Below, one piece after another: positions 13,115 through 25,968 of a DNA stretch of 64,000 nucleotides. The stretch is from Camelus dromedarius (lineage: Eukaryota): positions 95,048,001 through 95,112,000 of the forward strand of contig NC_087437.1 of NCBI RefSeq assembly GCF_036321535.1. The letters are read 5' to 3'. Position numbers and translations under genes: made by a program. Below the pieces are notes generated by a model. It worked only from the letters and a program-made list of their open reading frames with translations. It searched no databases and had not been told where the DNA came from. Numbering within the stretch: position 1 is the first letter of the stretch; the number at the start of each line of letters is the position of its first letter.

Positions 13115-13560
13115 TTGCTGGCAAGTCACAGTAACCCTGGATTCACACTGCTTTGAGAAGCAGATGTATTATGTCATGTGAGCAGAAATCCAGGAGACGT
13201 CAGCTGCTCATAGATGTCATCACGCACCGTGTTCTTCCTGCCCCTCAACCCTGCCGTCCCTATGGTTTGCTGTAGGCTAGGACTGCTGCTTCTTGTTGAA
13301 GCAAAATGGCTGCTGGTGGTAAGTGTAGATCCTTGTTTAATTTCAGCAGTAGTGAGAGGAACTGCTCCTTCAGCCTAATGAGATAATGAGATAATCCTTC
13401 CCTTTAACCTGATTGAGCCATCTTCAGATAAATACCAATAAATGTACCAGGAAATGACTTGTGGAGGTTGGCTTAGGCACCTGGAACCAGAATTGAAATC
13501 ACCTCTTCTGAGACATGTTGGCAAGGACTGGATACCTGAATGGCATAAGGGCCATTGGGA
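13115..13560 (-). mobile_element. Old MaLR LTR (MLT1J/K-like)
   Basis: Degenerate 'gcaagtcacagtaacc...agaaatccaggag...gcaaaatggctgctgg'. Confidence 0.45.
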
Positions 13561-13754
13561 AGAAGGTGTATGCTTACCATGTTCTTTGTGACATAAATTT
13601 TTGTACCCATTAGTGGAAGCTACTTTCCCAGAGCAATCCATCCTTGTCTTCCCCTGGGCTGTTTTCTCTGTAAGCCCATTGAACAATCTACAATCTTTGT
13701 TTATAATTTTAACCATAATTTTTAATTTAGTCATTATTTTAATCTTCCCAAGCA

Positions 13755-14600
13755 TTCTCTTTTTTTAATTATTCCTTTTTCATAGCATGCTTCTCTTGTT
13801 TGTAGATGTAATAGCTTCCTTAACTATTTCTGATTTTATTTAAAAATAAGAGTTTCTTATTATTCCCTCCCCCCGCTTTTCTTTTTATGATGCTTGAGTT
13901 ATCTTCATTTTCTCTGGGGTCAGTTTTTAGTTTCTGAATTTTGGCCTTTCCATCTTATTCAGCAGCTTTTCTTGTATGTTGTAATTCTTCCTATAGAAAG
14001 AGGGACCGTGTCGTTAATAAAAGCCCTCGGAGTTACAGCTGATTCTCACTTGGAAATCTCACTAAGGGCTCTGTGTGAGGTAAACAAAAGTGAGACTTTG
14101 CTTTAGGGGGTCAGCTATGAAGCCAGCTGTCAGACTACAGGATCGCTCAAATTAAAGAGGGAGGATTATGCCAGGTTCCACCTGGCTGGTTGCTCACTTT
14201 CCCTGGGAAAGGGTCAGCTGTTTTTGCTGGAGGTAAATGCCAGCTGCCTGATTTTGCCTCCACTGGGGAAGGAGGAGGTGACAAGTGAGAGGGCTGTCCT
14301 TATGCAGCCTTTTCATTAATTCCCCTATCTTCCATTCCCCTTTACGCCCGTCTTCCACAGTTCCTGCACAGCGGGTCTTGATTTCCAAAGGCCGCCTCTG
14401 CAGACTTCTACATTTCCAGAGCCTCCCGAGAGCAAATTCTAAGCTGCAACTCTCTCTTTAATTCCTGACACGTTCCCACGCTTTCTCTTTCCGCCAGAAA
14501 CATATTAATATCTCTTGTTCACTGGTGATGCCCATCTCTCTACCCCATCTCAGAACTTCCTGTCTCAGAAATTTTATGTCAGTGACTTTGGAAAGAGTGG
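13755..14600 (-). mobile_element. Ancient L1/HAL1 5'-region relic
   Basis: T-rich 'ttttcatagcatgcttctcttgtttgtagatgtaatagcttcctt' typical of antisense old L1 ORF1, grading into GC-richer UTR-like sequence; weak. Confidence 0.35.
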
Positions 14601-17600
14601 AGGCCATTGTGTGTGCCCGATCTGCCTCTTAAACAGTTACTTACTCCTATGTATAATATAAGGCTTATTTAGATTTTTAAGTGTCAGTTATTACTTGTAA
14701 TAATAACACGGTTGGAATATAGTACTCATATTTCACAGTGATTTATTAGATATTAGGTGATTTAATTGGACACCTGAATGGAACAAGCACAAACTGATTC
14801 CCGTTACAAAGGCAATTCGAAGTGTATTTATTTTACCTGTATGGGCAGTAGTTTATAGTTACCATTTTATTTTATCAAGCTTGCTTAATGAGAGAGATTA
14901 ATTTATAAACAACTAAATCCGGGATTAATTTCTCTTGTTCTTTCATCCATTCAACAAATATCGATGGAACTCTACGGATGTAGTTATGGTGAATGACCTG
15001 ATACATAATTTCTTCAGTTTTATGTAAATAGTTTGTGTTTTAATATGTAATAAAGCCTAACTTAAGGACAAGAACTGACAGTGAGGTTTGGAAAGAATGT
15101 AGATACCTGACTCATTCTAAGGTGAGCTAAATGTAAATTTGGAAGGGGATTGGAGATGTTTAATGCTTTTGTTTATGATTTCTCCTGTGCCAAACACAGC
15201 ACTTTTAAATAACAATCACTTGTAATTATATATTGAAAATACGAATGCAATCCCACTGCTTTGTTACTGGTTACATTTTAGTGATATTACAACTGATTCA
15301 TTTTCACTTTTTCTTATAATTGGCTGAAAAAGAAAACTGCCTTATTTACCAGAAAACTGGCTCAGATTCATGAAAATACACACTTGTGTGTGGGGTGGTG
15401 AACTTTTGGCAAGGCCTTCTACCGGTCCCTTGTTTAAAAGCTGGAAGAAATTCACAATATATAAAATTCTGAAATATTACCTGAAAAATGGTTGATTCAT
15501 AGATTCTTACGCATTCAGCATGACCAAAATGGCATATTGCCAATCAACAAAGATTGAAAGAGTATTTAAGGAGTGAAAAAAAAAAAAAAAAAAAACTAGT
15601 GTGTTAGGAAAAAAAATTCTAGTGTATTAAATATTTTCTCCAGAAACTTTTTTTTAAAAAGTACTGTTAGTTTAAAAGGAGAATCCAGTGTTGGCAGGTA
15701 ATTTCCTCTTTCTTTCTTTCTTTTTTTTTCCCCTGTAGTGACTATTGCTATCATTAAACACCATCGAGGTATAAAAATGTTTAACCGAAAGGCAAATACT
15801 TTGTTTTTATACCCATTATGCATTAACTTTTATTTGGACATTTTATGATTAGTCTTAGGCTTCTACTGAATTAGTTATTACCTCCAATTCTATTTAAGTA
15901 ATCGGAAAGAGCAGTAACTTATTTTAGAAGATACATAGATTTGTATTTAGTAAACTAGTGAATAATCAACAGTGATGGTTAATTTCTACAACAGAAGGTG
16001 AATCCAGGCAGCTGTTTTCTGTTTCCATACCCTCTGAGGCAGCTAAAACTCAGTGTTATATCTTAAAGAAGAGGAGGGCTTTTTTTCCCAAGAGAAAGCT
16101 GTTTTTCTCCATTAAAAAATATTTAATATCTATTTTCGAAGCTCTTATCTCAGCATCACTTTTCTTTGTATATGATAAGCAGTAGACACTACATTCTTCG
16201 TGACTCATGATATGTGGTATAAGATCTTTCCATACCAATGTCTTTCCTAAGGACCATAATTTTACTATTACCTAATAACTATTATATATTTTTATCATTT
16301 TATTTGCAAAATAATTGCTTGACAATTTTGATGACATGTGTAACGGCCAACTTTAAAACTTTAAAAGTAATAGACAAGAAGAAAAAACCTTGTAACAATC
16401 ACAAAACAAAGGGTTCCAAGCTTGCAAATAAATTTAGTGACAGATATAATGTACCAAGGGGTGTAGTTTAAAATGGGTGATTTTAAATCTAATTTGGCTA
16501 ACTGTTTTTCCTTCCTGAAATATGTCTATGCTTATCCTGAACCCAGTTATGTTTCATGCTTCCAGCAGGTGGAGATAAAAGGTTTCTAGCAATGATGCTA
16601 GAAATCTGGTGTGTCCAATAAGGAAAATGTTAGACCACAAAAATGCGAGACTCGAGAATTATGTTGTCGAAAAGTTAGAGCAGGCGTCATTCTTTTTCTG
16701 TTTTCACAGCTCTTTTGCTTTCCATTTTGGCTAATTGAAATGAATGTCCCCCCCAAACTGGACCAGATAGAAGAGTTTGCCAGTCTTGTGAGATAAACAC
16801 ACTTTCCTTCATAAAAAGTTGCCTTTTAGTTCTTAGCTCTGTTTAACTGACAGAAAACTCCAACAAAAAGGGAACTTAGGAACGAATCATAAATGTGCGA
16901 GAAGCAAGATTTAAAATTTCACTCTCAGGGGGAAATAACATCTGGACAGTTAGCTCTTCACACAGTCACAACTCTTGCCCAGATTTATTTCAGTATCCTT
17001 GATACTGAGGACGACATTGGAATATCTGCTTACTCCCCAAATGTTATTAAAAGAATATTCGAGGTATATAGGAAACAAGTGTGAGTTCATTGTTATCTTG
17101 TTCACCAGTCATTATTTATCTTTGGATACAGTTCTGGGTATTTAGTGACTTGAAATATATAACATCTTTAAAACACGACTCTTGCCTCAAAGATGTTTTA
17201 ACAGGATCCCATGTACTTCTGAGAAAACGAACATCTATCCAGAGGGAGGCTTGCTAGCCTACCTCAGAGGTCGCAGAATTTATCATCAATTGCTGTTTTC
17301 TTCATTCTTACGACCTATATTTTATTGCCAGTATAATTCTTTGGGGAGTAAGAGTTCCCTCTCTCCAGTCTGTTGTGTATGTTGTTTTTATTTATTTTAT
17401 TGGGGTTTTATAAAGGAAGGATATAGTTGCTTAATTTTGTGGTATAGGTAGCTTCAAGGAAATCTCCCTGTCTGTCTGTCTGTCTCTCTCTCTCTATGTA
17501 TATAAACTATTTCTAATTTTCTTCCTTTTTCCTTCCCATCTCCTCATCCTGTGTTTGTGGCAAGAAACAGAAAAGAAAGCAGCTCTTTTCCTTCCAAACA

Positions 17601-18994
17601 CTCAGAGTACTTTGTCATGTTTTGGGGGAAGGGGTTAGCATTCTGAAACACTGCTGTGTTTTATTGCCAGTAAATGTTTTTACTCACTAGTGAAAAGTTT
17701 GTAAATAGGCACTGTTTAAGAAAACAAAGAGATAATAAGTACTCAGACTTTCCCCTTCAAATTCTCTTATACCTAGGAAAATGCATTGGTGATCTCAGCC
17801 CTTCTGAACAATAGTTGGGATCACAAAACCACTACTCATCATTCAGCCTGCCTGGCATAATTAGCGGCTTTGACTCAAAGGAGACTGAGGGGTGTTTAGA
17901 ATGGAGGGAAAAGCTTTCCCCCTCCTTATCCCCCGTTATTCAGAACTAAGACTGCACATAACCCAAAAGGCCAGGGTTGCAGCTGAACAAGTAGCTGCCT
18001 TCTATACCTGTTCTTCAGATGAAATGTTTTCTCTGATGTGCCATTTGGAGGACAGTCCATTAAAAGTCTAAAAGCACAGTAGAGTCTGTGCACCAGACAG
18101 ATGGTGGGGAAACATTTTCTGTCCGTTCAGTGAAGGCAAGTCGTGCTGAACCATCACTGTTGCCCGCATTTGATCAGCTTGGGACACGTGAATAGCTGTC
18201 ACTGAAGACTTCTGCCTGGCTGAATGGCATATATTACAAAGAGGTTTGAGAGGCAGGATTTGGCCAGCATGGCTGACTGGTTAGCACCCACAACTCAGGA
18301 CTGGGATTTATTCTTTCTCTCCTCACTGAATGCTACCGTGGAAGTAGAACCTGTGCTGAGAGGAATTGCTAGCAACGCAAGCGTGTTTAAATATACATTA
18401 ACTCTTTCAATCCACTCGGGTAATTAAGGACGGCTCCAGGGCACCAAATGGTAAGGTGGTGGCTTTGAAATGCTCTTTCTTGAGCCCTTTCTCACTAAGA
18501 TAGCCGACCATTCCCTTTTGGCTCAAAGCTGCAGCGTCATTGGGGTTCTTGTTTTCTTGGACCTTTCTGTGAACTCTGTCTCTGATTACCCTCTTGTTCA
18601 GGCTTCTCCTGGCTTTGGAGAAGATGGGACGCCATAAACCTTGTTCTTTTCTTTCAACAACTTTTTCTTTGCTGATGTCTTTGACTTGATTATTAACGTC
18701 ATGTTACCCATTCAAGGTTTAGGTCTGGACTCTCCATTTCCCCTCCTTCTTTTCACTGCTGACGTTTTCACCATCCATATAACTTGCATCTTAACTCTGT
18801 GGAGCTGATATTTGAGTAGGCAGAATTCCCACAAATGCTTGCCAGCATGGATTTCCCAGGCTTGGTTTGAAATCCCACCTTTGTTGCTGTCTGCAAATCT
18901 TCTTTTGAACACTCCATATAAATAGCAATTTATAATAATGATAAACAAAGCAAAACAAACAAACAAAAACCACTTAAACATATCCAAGATGTTT

Positions 18995-19162
18995 GTCCTG
19001 GACATTTGGCAATTTTGATTGTTACAACTAAGTGTATACTGGCATGTAGTGCGTCAAAGCCAAGGATGCCACTGAACATCCTAAAATACACAGGGCAGCC
19101 CCTCACAACAAAGAATGGTCCCACTCAGAGGGTCCTTTTGAGACAAGTTTGTGAAACCCCTG
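18995..19162 (+). mobile_element. MER20 MITE (opposite orientation to the 8796 copy)
   Basis: 'ggacatttggcaa...gttacaact...ctggcatgtagt...caaggatgccactgaacatcctaaaatacacagggcagcccctcacaacaaagaat'. Confidence 0.85.
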
Positions 19163-19470
19163 GTATAAGATAAAATTATTTCTCTTCCCCATTGAATCTT
19201 CACAGCTTTAAAACATTGCCTTCTATTCTAATACTACCATTTCCTCTCACCTTTTTTGGACCAAAATTGGGGTAGTTACCTGCATAGTCTAATTTACTAT
19301 CTAGCTGGTATGGCTGGCCCGTTTTCCTCATCCTCATTCAACTTAGAACAAGGTCTAATGGGAAAAGTAATTCTGGGGCAGAGAGTAAGGAGAGAGGCCT
19401 ACCTCGTGCTCATTCACCAAGGAGCTCTGAGAGCCGAAGGCACATAGGCAGACACTTACAGGATTGTCCT

Positions 19471-19878
19471 GGACAGAAGAAGACAAGTACCATATCACTT
19501 CTATGTGGAATCTAAAAAGCCAGGCTCTAGAACCAGGGAGTAGAATGATAGTTACCAGGGGCTGAGGGTGGGGAACTGGGGAGATACTGTTGAAGGGAAC
19601 AATCTTGCAACTAGTAGACAGATACTTCCGGAGATCAATGTCCAGCATAGTGATTATAGTCCACAGTACCGTATTGTGGACTTCAAAGTTGCCGAGAGAC
19701 TAGATCTTAATTGTTCTCATCTCAAAAAGAAATGATGATTGTGTGATGTGATAAAGGTGTTAGCTAGTGCTCCAGTGGTAATCCATATTGCAATATATGC
19801 GTATATCAGATTGTACACCCTAAACTCACACAGTGTTATATGTCAGTTATGTCTCAATTAAAAAACAAAACAAAACAA
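19471..19878 (+). mobile_element. Old LINE-1 3' end (L1MA9/L1MB-like)
   Basis: ORF2 end 'gacaagtaccatatcacttctatgtggaatctaaaaa', then 'gttaccaggggctgaggg', 'ttgttctcatctcaaaaagaaatg', 'atatgtcagttatgtctcaattaaaaaacaaaac'. Confidence 0.85.
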
Positions 19879-20149
19879 TGTTCCTGGAAGGCACCAAAAG
19901 ACTTTTATGCCTTTTATACTTCATTGACAGTTAACCTTTTCCCAATATTACTGGTCTTTTGTCTGTATACTTCTCACATTATCATTGTGAACCTGATGTT
20001 TATTGAAACAAGAACTCTCTGGACTTGCTTCCCTCCCTGTGACCTCCCTTTTCTTCCTCTACCTTCTGAAGCATCTTAGCTGTGGTTTGGGGGAGGTGAG
20101 TTTAGCAGTAACCTCTGATTTCCCTAATCTCTTGTATCAGCACAGAATA

Positions 20150-20380
20150 ATGGTACACAGGCTCTGAGTTACAGCTTCAACTCACATCCCTGGTATCTCC
20201 AGCCTCAGTTCCCTTTTCTACAAAATGGATCTGCAGAATCATAATTGGCATCACCATGAGTACATCCATAAGTTTATCCAAAGAATAAAGTGAAATATTA
20301 ATAAAGCATAGTACAGTGTCTGGCACAGAGCTTTTATAATTTATTTCTACATTACTCTTATTGTTATTAATATTTGCACT
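20150..20380 (+). mobile_element. MIR relic
   Basis: 'gcctcagttcccttttctacaaaatggat...aaagcatagtacagtgtctggcacagag'. Confidence 0.65.
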
Positions 20381-21474
20381 GTTATACATTTGTAATATGT
20401 GTGAATAGCATGGATTCGCCTAACTATGTGTTTGTTTATGTGCTTCATCTTATTTGAGTTTGCCACCCAGATTACCAGCAGCTTTAAGCCAATTGCCCTT
20501 AAAATTTTCTACTTAAAAGCTTGCGTTTCTGTTTTTGATAGACTTTCCAGTGTCACTGCACCCACACCCTACCCCAGCTGCCTTCTATTTTAGTTCAAGA
20601 TAGTGACCACCATTTTTTAAATACTCAAATATTTATATTTGTAGTTGAGATCAGTCACATGTCTTTACCCCTTTCTTTTTCTCATCTGTATGTTCCTTCA
20701 CGTAAAAGATTTGTGTTTTTTGTTGCTTAACTTTTGTGATTTTCCATAGTATTCTTTGCAACGCCAAGTATGAGTCACTAACTGAAAAGGAGACTACGTT
20801 AGGAGTTCTGATAGACTGTTTTACTTTTGATTAAACTGAGTTTGAGGATTTGAATCTTGTGTCAATTTGAACAGATACACTTTTTTGATTAGCATTAGTA
20901 TCAAATGTCCTGACCTATGGGATTGAGAAATGGATTCTGTAAATGTCTTCCAGGGTTCTTTGTGTTTGCATTTGAGCAACTAAGGGGGAAAGATAGTGTA
21001 AGTGGTAATTTCATTTAAAACCATTTTCTTTGTTCCCTTTAGGAAATTGGCTTATGCATGTCTGTATAGGGGGATAAGGTGGAAAGAAAGGGGGTTGTAA
21101 ATTTGTTCTTTAGTTGCTACCTTTTAATTTCGAATTTCCATTTACCAGTTATTTTGTTCTGATAACTGTGATTAGCATATTGAAACCTTTCAAAGTGACC
21201 TCACTGTTTTGTCTTGTCTAAAAATGTAAAAACTACAAAAAGACAGCTATTGAATATCACACTTGGAATTTGTGATAGAAACACTTGACTATTATGTAAA
21301 TATTTTCAAGTCAGCATCTTTGATGTTTCCATAATTTTGAAGTATGGTTTTTCTTTTAAGAAAAAAATTCAGTTTTTAAAACTAGTTACTGTCATTTGTG
21401 TGTAGGAGTATATTTGTTTATAGGTGCTTATAATCACATAAAAATACTCAATATTTAATTGTTTGAGAAGACAG

Positions 21475-21645
21475 TGGGGAGAGAGGGTGGTTGTTTCATG
21501 AGTGCAGAGTTTCAGTTTTGTAAGATGAAAAGAATACTGGAGGTCTGTTTCAGAAAAAATGAGAACATACTTAATACCACTGCAGTGTACCCTTAAAAGT
21601 GGTTAAGAGGGTAAATTTTGTGTTATGTGTTGTCATTACATTTAA
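21475..21645 (+). mobile_element. Old LINE-1 3'UTR fragment (L1MB-like)
   Basis: 'cagagtttcagttttgtaagatgaaaagaatactggagg...atacttaataccactgcagtgtacccttaaaagtggttaagagggtaaattttgtgttatgtg'. Confidence 0.8.
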
Positions 21646-21749
21646 GAGAGAAGCTCAGTATTTCATTAGACATAAATGCCTTTTTTGCAATTCCATTGCT
21701 TATTGAGTAGCAGAGGGGGGAATCTCCTTCTTATTTAAAGAGGTTGTCA

Positions 21750-22135
21750 CTTTAGAGGGTGATAGTAATAGGACCTTCCTCGTGATTGTTGAGAGATTTA
21801 AATGAGATAATTTGTGTGAGGTGCTTAACATAGTCTGTAACTTCGTAAATGTGAAACCACTGCTATTATGTCGAGAACAGTAAAATGAACTACAATATAC
21901 TGTAATTTATTTAATCATATAGGGTGGCATAATGATTAAGTGCACAAACTCAGTGCCTAATTACAAGCTAACTGAGCTTGGGAAATTTGAATTCCTTAAA
22001 CTCGTTGTGCTCATGAGCTTTCTCATTTCTTTAATGGATAAAACAATAATATCTAGTTCATATGGCTGATGAAAGGGTTAAATAAGTTACTACATATAAC
22101 ACGTATACTATGTTTTATCTAAGTGTTATTATTGT
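21750..22135 (+). mobile_element. Two adjacent MIR relics
   Basis: 'gattgttgagagatttaaatgagataat...gtgcttaacatagt' and 'tttctcatttctttaatggataaaacaataatatctagttcatatggctgatgaaagggttaaataag'. Confidence 0.6.
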
Positions 22136-24379
22136 CTTACTTTGATGATTTAGAAGATAATGATAGTTTGGATGTTAGTAGCGGTTAATAGCTTTAAAGT
22201 AGTGTGTATTTTAAACTCACTAATTACTGTCAATTATTATTTCTATTTTATTTCATACGACTTCTCTTAATGGGTTATTTTAAAGCTGTATCTACCAGGG
22301 GTGTAATCTTTGTGCATTCCCATGGACTGAAGTGTTTTGAGGTGGTTTATAAAGTTACATATACCTAGACCTCAGAAGCTAAGTCCTGCCCAATAAGGAA
22401 AGTTTTTACTCCGTATCTTTTCAGCCAGCTTCCGATGCTCTGAAGACTAGTAACTATCATTATGGCGTTTTGTTTGTCTTAAATGAATACCAAGCCATGG
22501 AGAAACCTGTGGTGAAGATACTCAAGCAGATATTTAAGGTTTTGATATATGGAATGTTCCTCTGTTGGAAAAAGATGGTTTATTAATGATCTATCTATAT
22601 GTATATTTTGAGCCTTTAGAGTTTTTTTTTTACCTAGCTTCAAAAATGCTACTTACTGAAGTTTTCACATCACATGGCATTTTGACACTGTGCCAAGCAG
22701 AGATGAAAATACGTAATTTCTTCCTGCCCACGTTTTTGGGGGGTGTGTTTTGGCAGGGCAGGAGTTAGTGATTATAATCTTTACCCTCTGTCCAGACATC
22801 TTCCATCCTGCCCAATTTTAGGGAGGCAGGTCACTTTCTTATAATTACAGTTTTGGGCTAATATGCCTCTTTGAACGTGTTGAGTTCTTACTTAATGTAT
22901 TGATTTTTAAATATAATTATAACGTGAATTTAATTTGGTATATGTGTTTGGAACATGTGCTACCCCTTGGCAAATGCTTCTTGAAATTATATGCTTGTGC
23001 ATGCATTAAAGTGTAGGAAATTATTGTTTTACTTGTAACATGCTCAAGGTGCATTTTAATAAATATGAAAGAATACCCTGAGGCAGAGGAACAGTAAGAT
23101 CAAAAGCTTACTCTATTTTAGAAGCTAGTTTTATTAAGGTTGATTATGAATTTAAGGATTTATTTTTGGCGGGTGAAATGGCTGGGAAGAGTATGAGCCT
23201 AAGCAGATCACTTGGGTGTATGTGTGTTGTGTGTTGTGCGTGTGTTCATTTTCTTTCTTTTTGCCTGTATCCTGTCTTATCCCTTTTCCCCCTCCCATCT
23301 TTTTGTTTATTATGCCAGTGAGCTTTCATAGCACTTTTAAAACAGCAGAGGCCCAGGGTACTCTGGAGGCAGATTTCAGTCAAAGAACATGTGTTGTTTT
23401 AACTCTTTGGTTGGTAAAGTGAGTTGAAAGCCACATACGTAAAAAGCCACATACATCAACAAAACGGTCATCAATTTATAGGATCATCCTCCTCCTCTAA
23501 AACTCCACGATTCTTAACATAAATGTGAGAGGAGATCTTACGCAGAGATACTTTATCAGGATGTGATCTACATTGCTGAGGAGACAGAAATCTTTTAACA
23601 GTTGCCTTTAAGGAACTGTAAATTTCCACAATTATTCAGTCCATTGCTTTCAGCACCTTTTGTTGGCTTATTATTGTATAGAACAGCAGGGTTGAAACGG
23701 GAGGAAGAGCCTGTGCATTTTAATTAGCTCCTAAGACAGTGTGAGATAAAAGCCAGGATTTTTGCCTCATTTTCATTTCGCATGGGCTGATTAAGGATGC
23801 TATTGTAGGCTGAGCTGGCTTGACCTAATCTCGGTGACCACCCATTTATGGAAGGGGAATGGCAAAAACTTGCTCCAGTTTTCTGAATGGGATTAGGAAA
23901 GCACTAATTAGCAAACCCTGAAAGCCATGAGGCATGGATAGGAACACAGCACCCATCCTTAAGAAACAAATGCAGTCTGGGGAAACATTCCCCAATTGAA
24001 CCAATTAACGCTTGCATATATTAGGCACTTGGTGATGTGTTTTCCGTTTTTAATTACTTAACCATGAATAAGAGCCTGATGTCCCTCAAGCTGTACTTGT
24101 TGATTAAATAAATACTTCTGGCCTGAAGAGAGATGTCAGAACTTGAAGAGCACTAATGCTATAAAGAGGTCTGTAAATAGTTGGAGAATAGATTTGAGCT
24201 GAATTTGACCTCAGCTGGAAGAGAGGTGGTGGGGAATCCAGTCTGCAGAACTTTGAAATTAACTCTTTCAGCTTCAGTACAGTCAGACTTTAATTATTGA
24301 GAGGAAAGAACAATCTATTTGGAGATTATCGGCTTTTCTCTCTTGTGTGCTTCCTTTTAGTCATGCAGAATATTACTGA

Positions 24380-24640
24380 AAGAGCACAGTCTTTGGAATC
24401 AGCAAAACTAGACCTGGGTGGGAATCCCTTTGCTACTTACTAGAATAGAGCATTAGGGAAGGTACATCACATCTTTGAGTTTCAGCTTCCCTACCTTCAA
24501 AATGAGGATAATATTATGTGTTTTACAAAACTTCCATTAGATATGCCATAATATGTGTAATGTCGTGGGTGGTAACTAGTGTTCAATAAGGACTCCTAAA
24601 GTGGCCTTGCCATTACCAATCATTACTATCATTATTATTT
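24380..24640 (+). mobile_element. MIR relic
   Basis: 'aagagcacagtctttggaatcag...tttcagcttccctaccttcaaaatgaggataatatt'. Confidence 0.7.
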
Positions 24641-24805
24641 TTCAGCATTTCAAACAATTAAAAGGCAGCATATATGGGAGAAGTGAAAACTAAAGATACC
24701 TAGTCTAGAAACATTGGTCCAAAAGAGACAGGACTAGGGTTATTTGGCTGAAATGAGATAGGATTTCACTCATCTATCCCTTCACCCTACTTTGGTTGAT
24801 TGAAT

Positions 24806-24824
24806 TGGCCACTAGATGGAGGCA
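24806..24824 (+). promoter_or_regulatory. Candidate CTCF binding site
   Basis: TGGCCACTAGATGGAGGCA matches TGGCCACYAGRKGGCRSYR with a single mismatch (position 15). Confidence 0.35.
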
Positions 24825-25605
24825 TATATTTTTATTGGCTTTATATCTGTAAATATATAGGTCTTCTGTAAATAAATTTGCATATTTAAAATCAAAGTAT
24901 CAGATTCAGTCAGTGTAACTGATAATTTTTGAAACCTGTAGAACAAGAGTAAGACTCTCCTGTACAGGAAAGAACAGTCAAAAGTAACTTAAGTTACCAG
25001 AAATACATATGTGGAATTTGTACACATTGCGGTTTATGTTCAATGTATTGATAATGTTTAAAATGAACTGGCAAGACATTTTGTTCTCCCAGTTTAGATG
25101 GCACTATTATAATTATTTTTATTCACTTATATACATTAAAACAGCTTACTATATAGATATTAAAAATTCATATAATATTAAGTATTTTCTCTCAGCCTAA
25201 AGGGTTGACTACATCTTTAGTAAGATCCTAAGTGAATGTAAACACTAGTTTGAGCGCTGTTGCATATATATGTTAATAAGCAGAACTTAAGTGTACAGAT
25301 GTGTGATGCCAATATTGTAGTATATTTTTCTAAATATACCAGGAAAGTTTTTATTTTCTCATGGTTCCTTTTTTTTCTTTTTTATATTTTTCTTAATTTC
25401 TTTTCAATGTAATTTAGGATTTTTTTAAACTACTAATTGAGTGCTTGAGTTGAGATCCTTTGTTAGATGCTCTTGGTTGAAATAAGAAAAAATAAAAATC
25501 TGTTTCTTTCTTCAAGGAGCTTACACTGTAGTCTGAGTGAAAAAATATAAATAGTTAAATAATATATGCAATGTATCATTCCAGAGGACGAAAAAAGGGT
25601 TTTAA

Positions 25606-25842
25606 AATTTAAAAAACGATACAAATGAATTTATTTACAAAATGGAAACTGACTTACAGACATAGAAAACAAACTTACTGTTACCAAAGGGGAAAGTGGG
25701 GGAGGGATAAATTAGGAATTTGGGATTAGCAGACACAAACTACTACATATAAAATAGATAAACAACGAGGTCCTACAGGATAGCACAAGGAACTATATTC
25801 AGTATCTTGTGGTAACCTATAATGAAAAAGAATAAGAAAAAG

Positions 25843-25875
<33 letters not shown>

Positions 25876-25968
25876 AACTGAATCACTATGGTGTACACCA
25901 GAAACTAACAAAACGTTGTAAATCAACTATACTTCAATTAAAAAAAAAATTAAAGCAGAAAAAAAAAA
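25606..25968 (+). mobile_element. 5'-truncated LINE-1 3'UTR with internal (TG)n
   Basis: 'gatacaaatgaatttatttacaaaatggaaactgacttacagacatagaaaacaaactta...aatcaactatacttcaatt' plus A-tail; (TG)n at 25849-25875. Flanks look like a minus-strand L2 (~25430-26300). Confidence 0.92.

Noticed and set aside
15739..15768. 30-nt candidate exon after a strong pyrimidine tract
   Set aside because: Donor GAG|GTATAA is weak and the peptide is unrecognisable.
16893..17084. Protein-like 63-aa ORF (…ILDTEDDIGISAYSPNVIKRIFE…)
   Set aside because: No recognisable homology and weak splice signals; length is within chance expectation.
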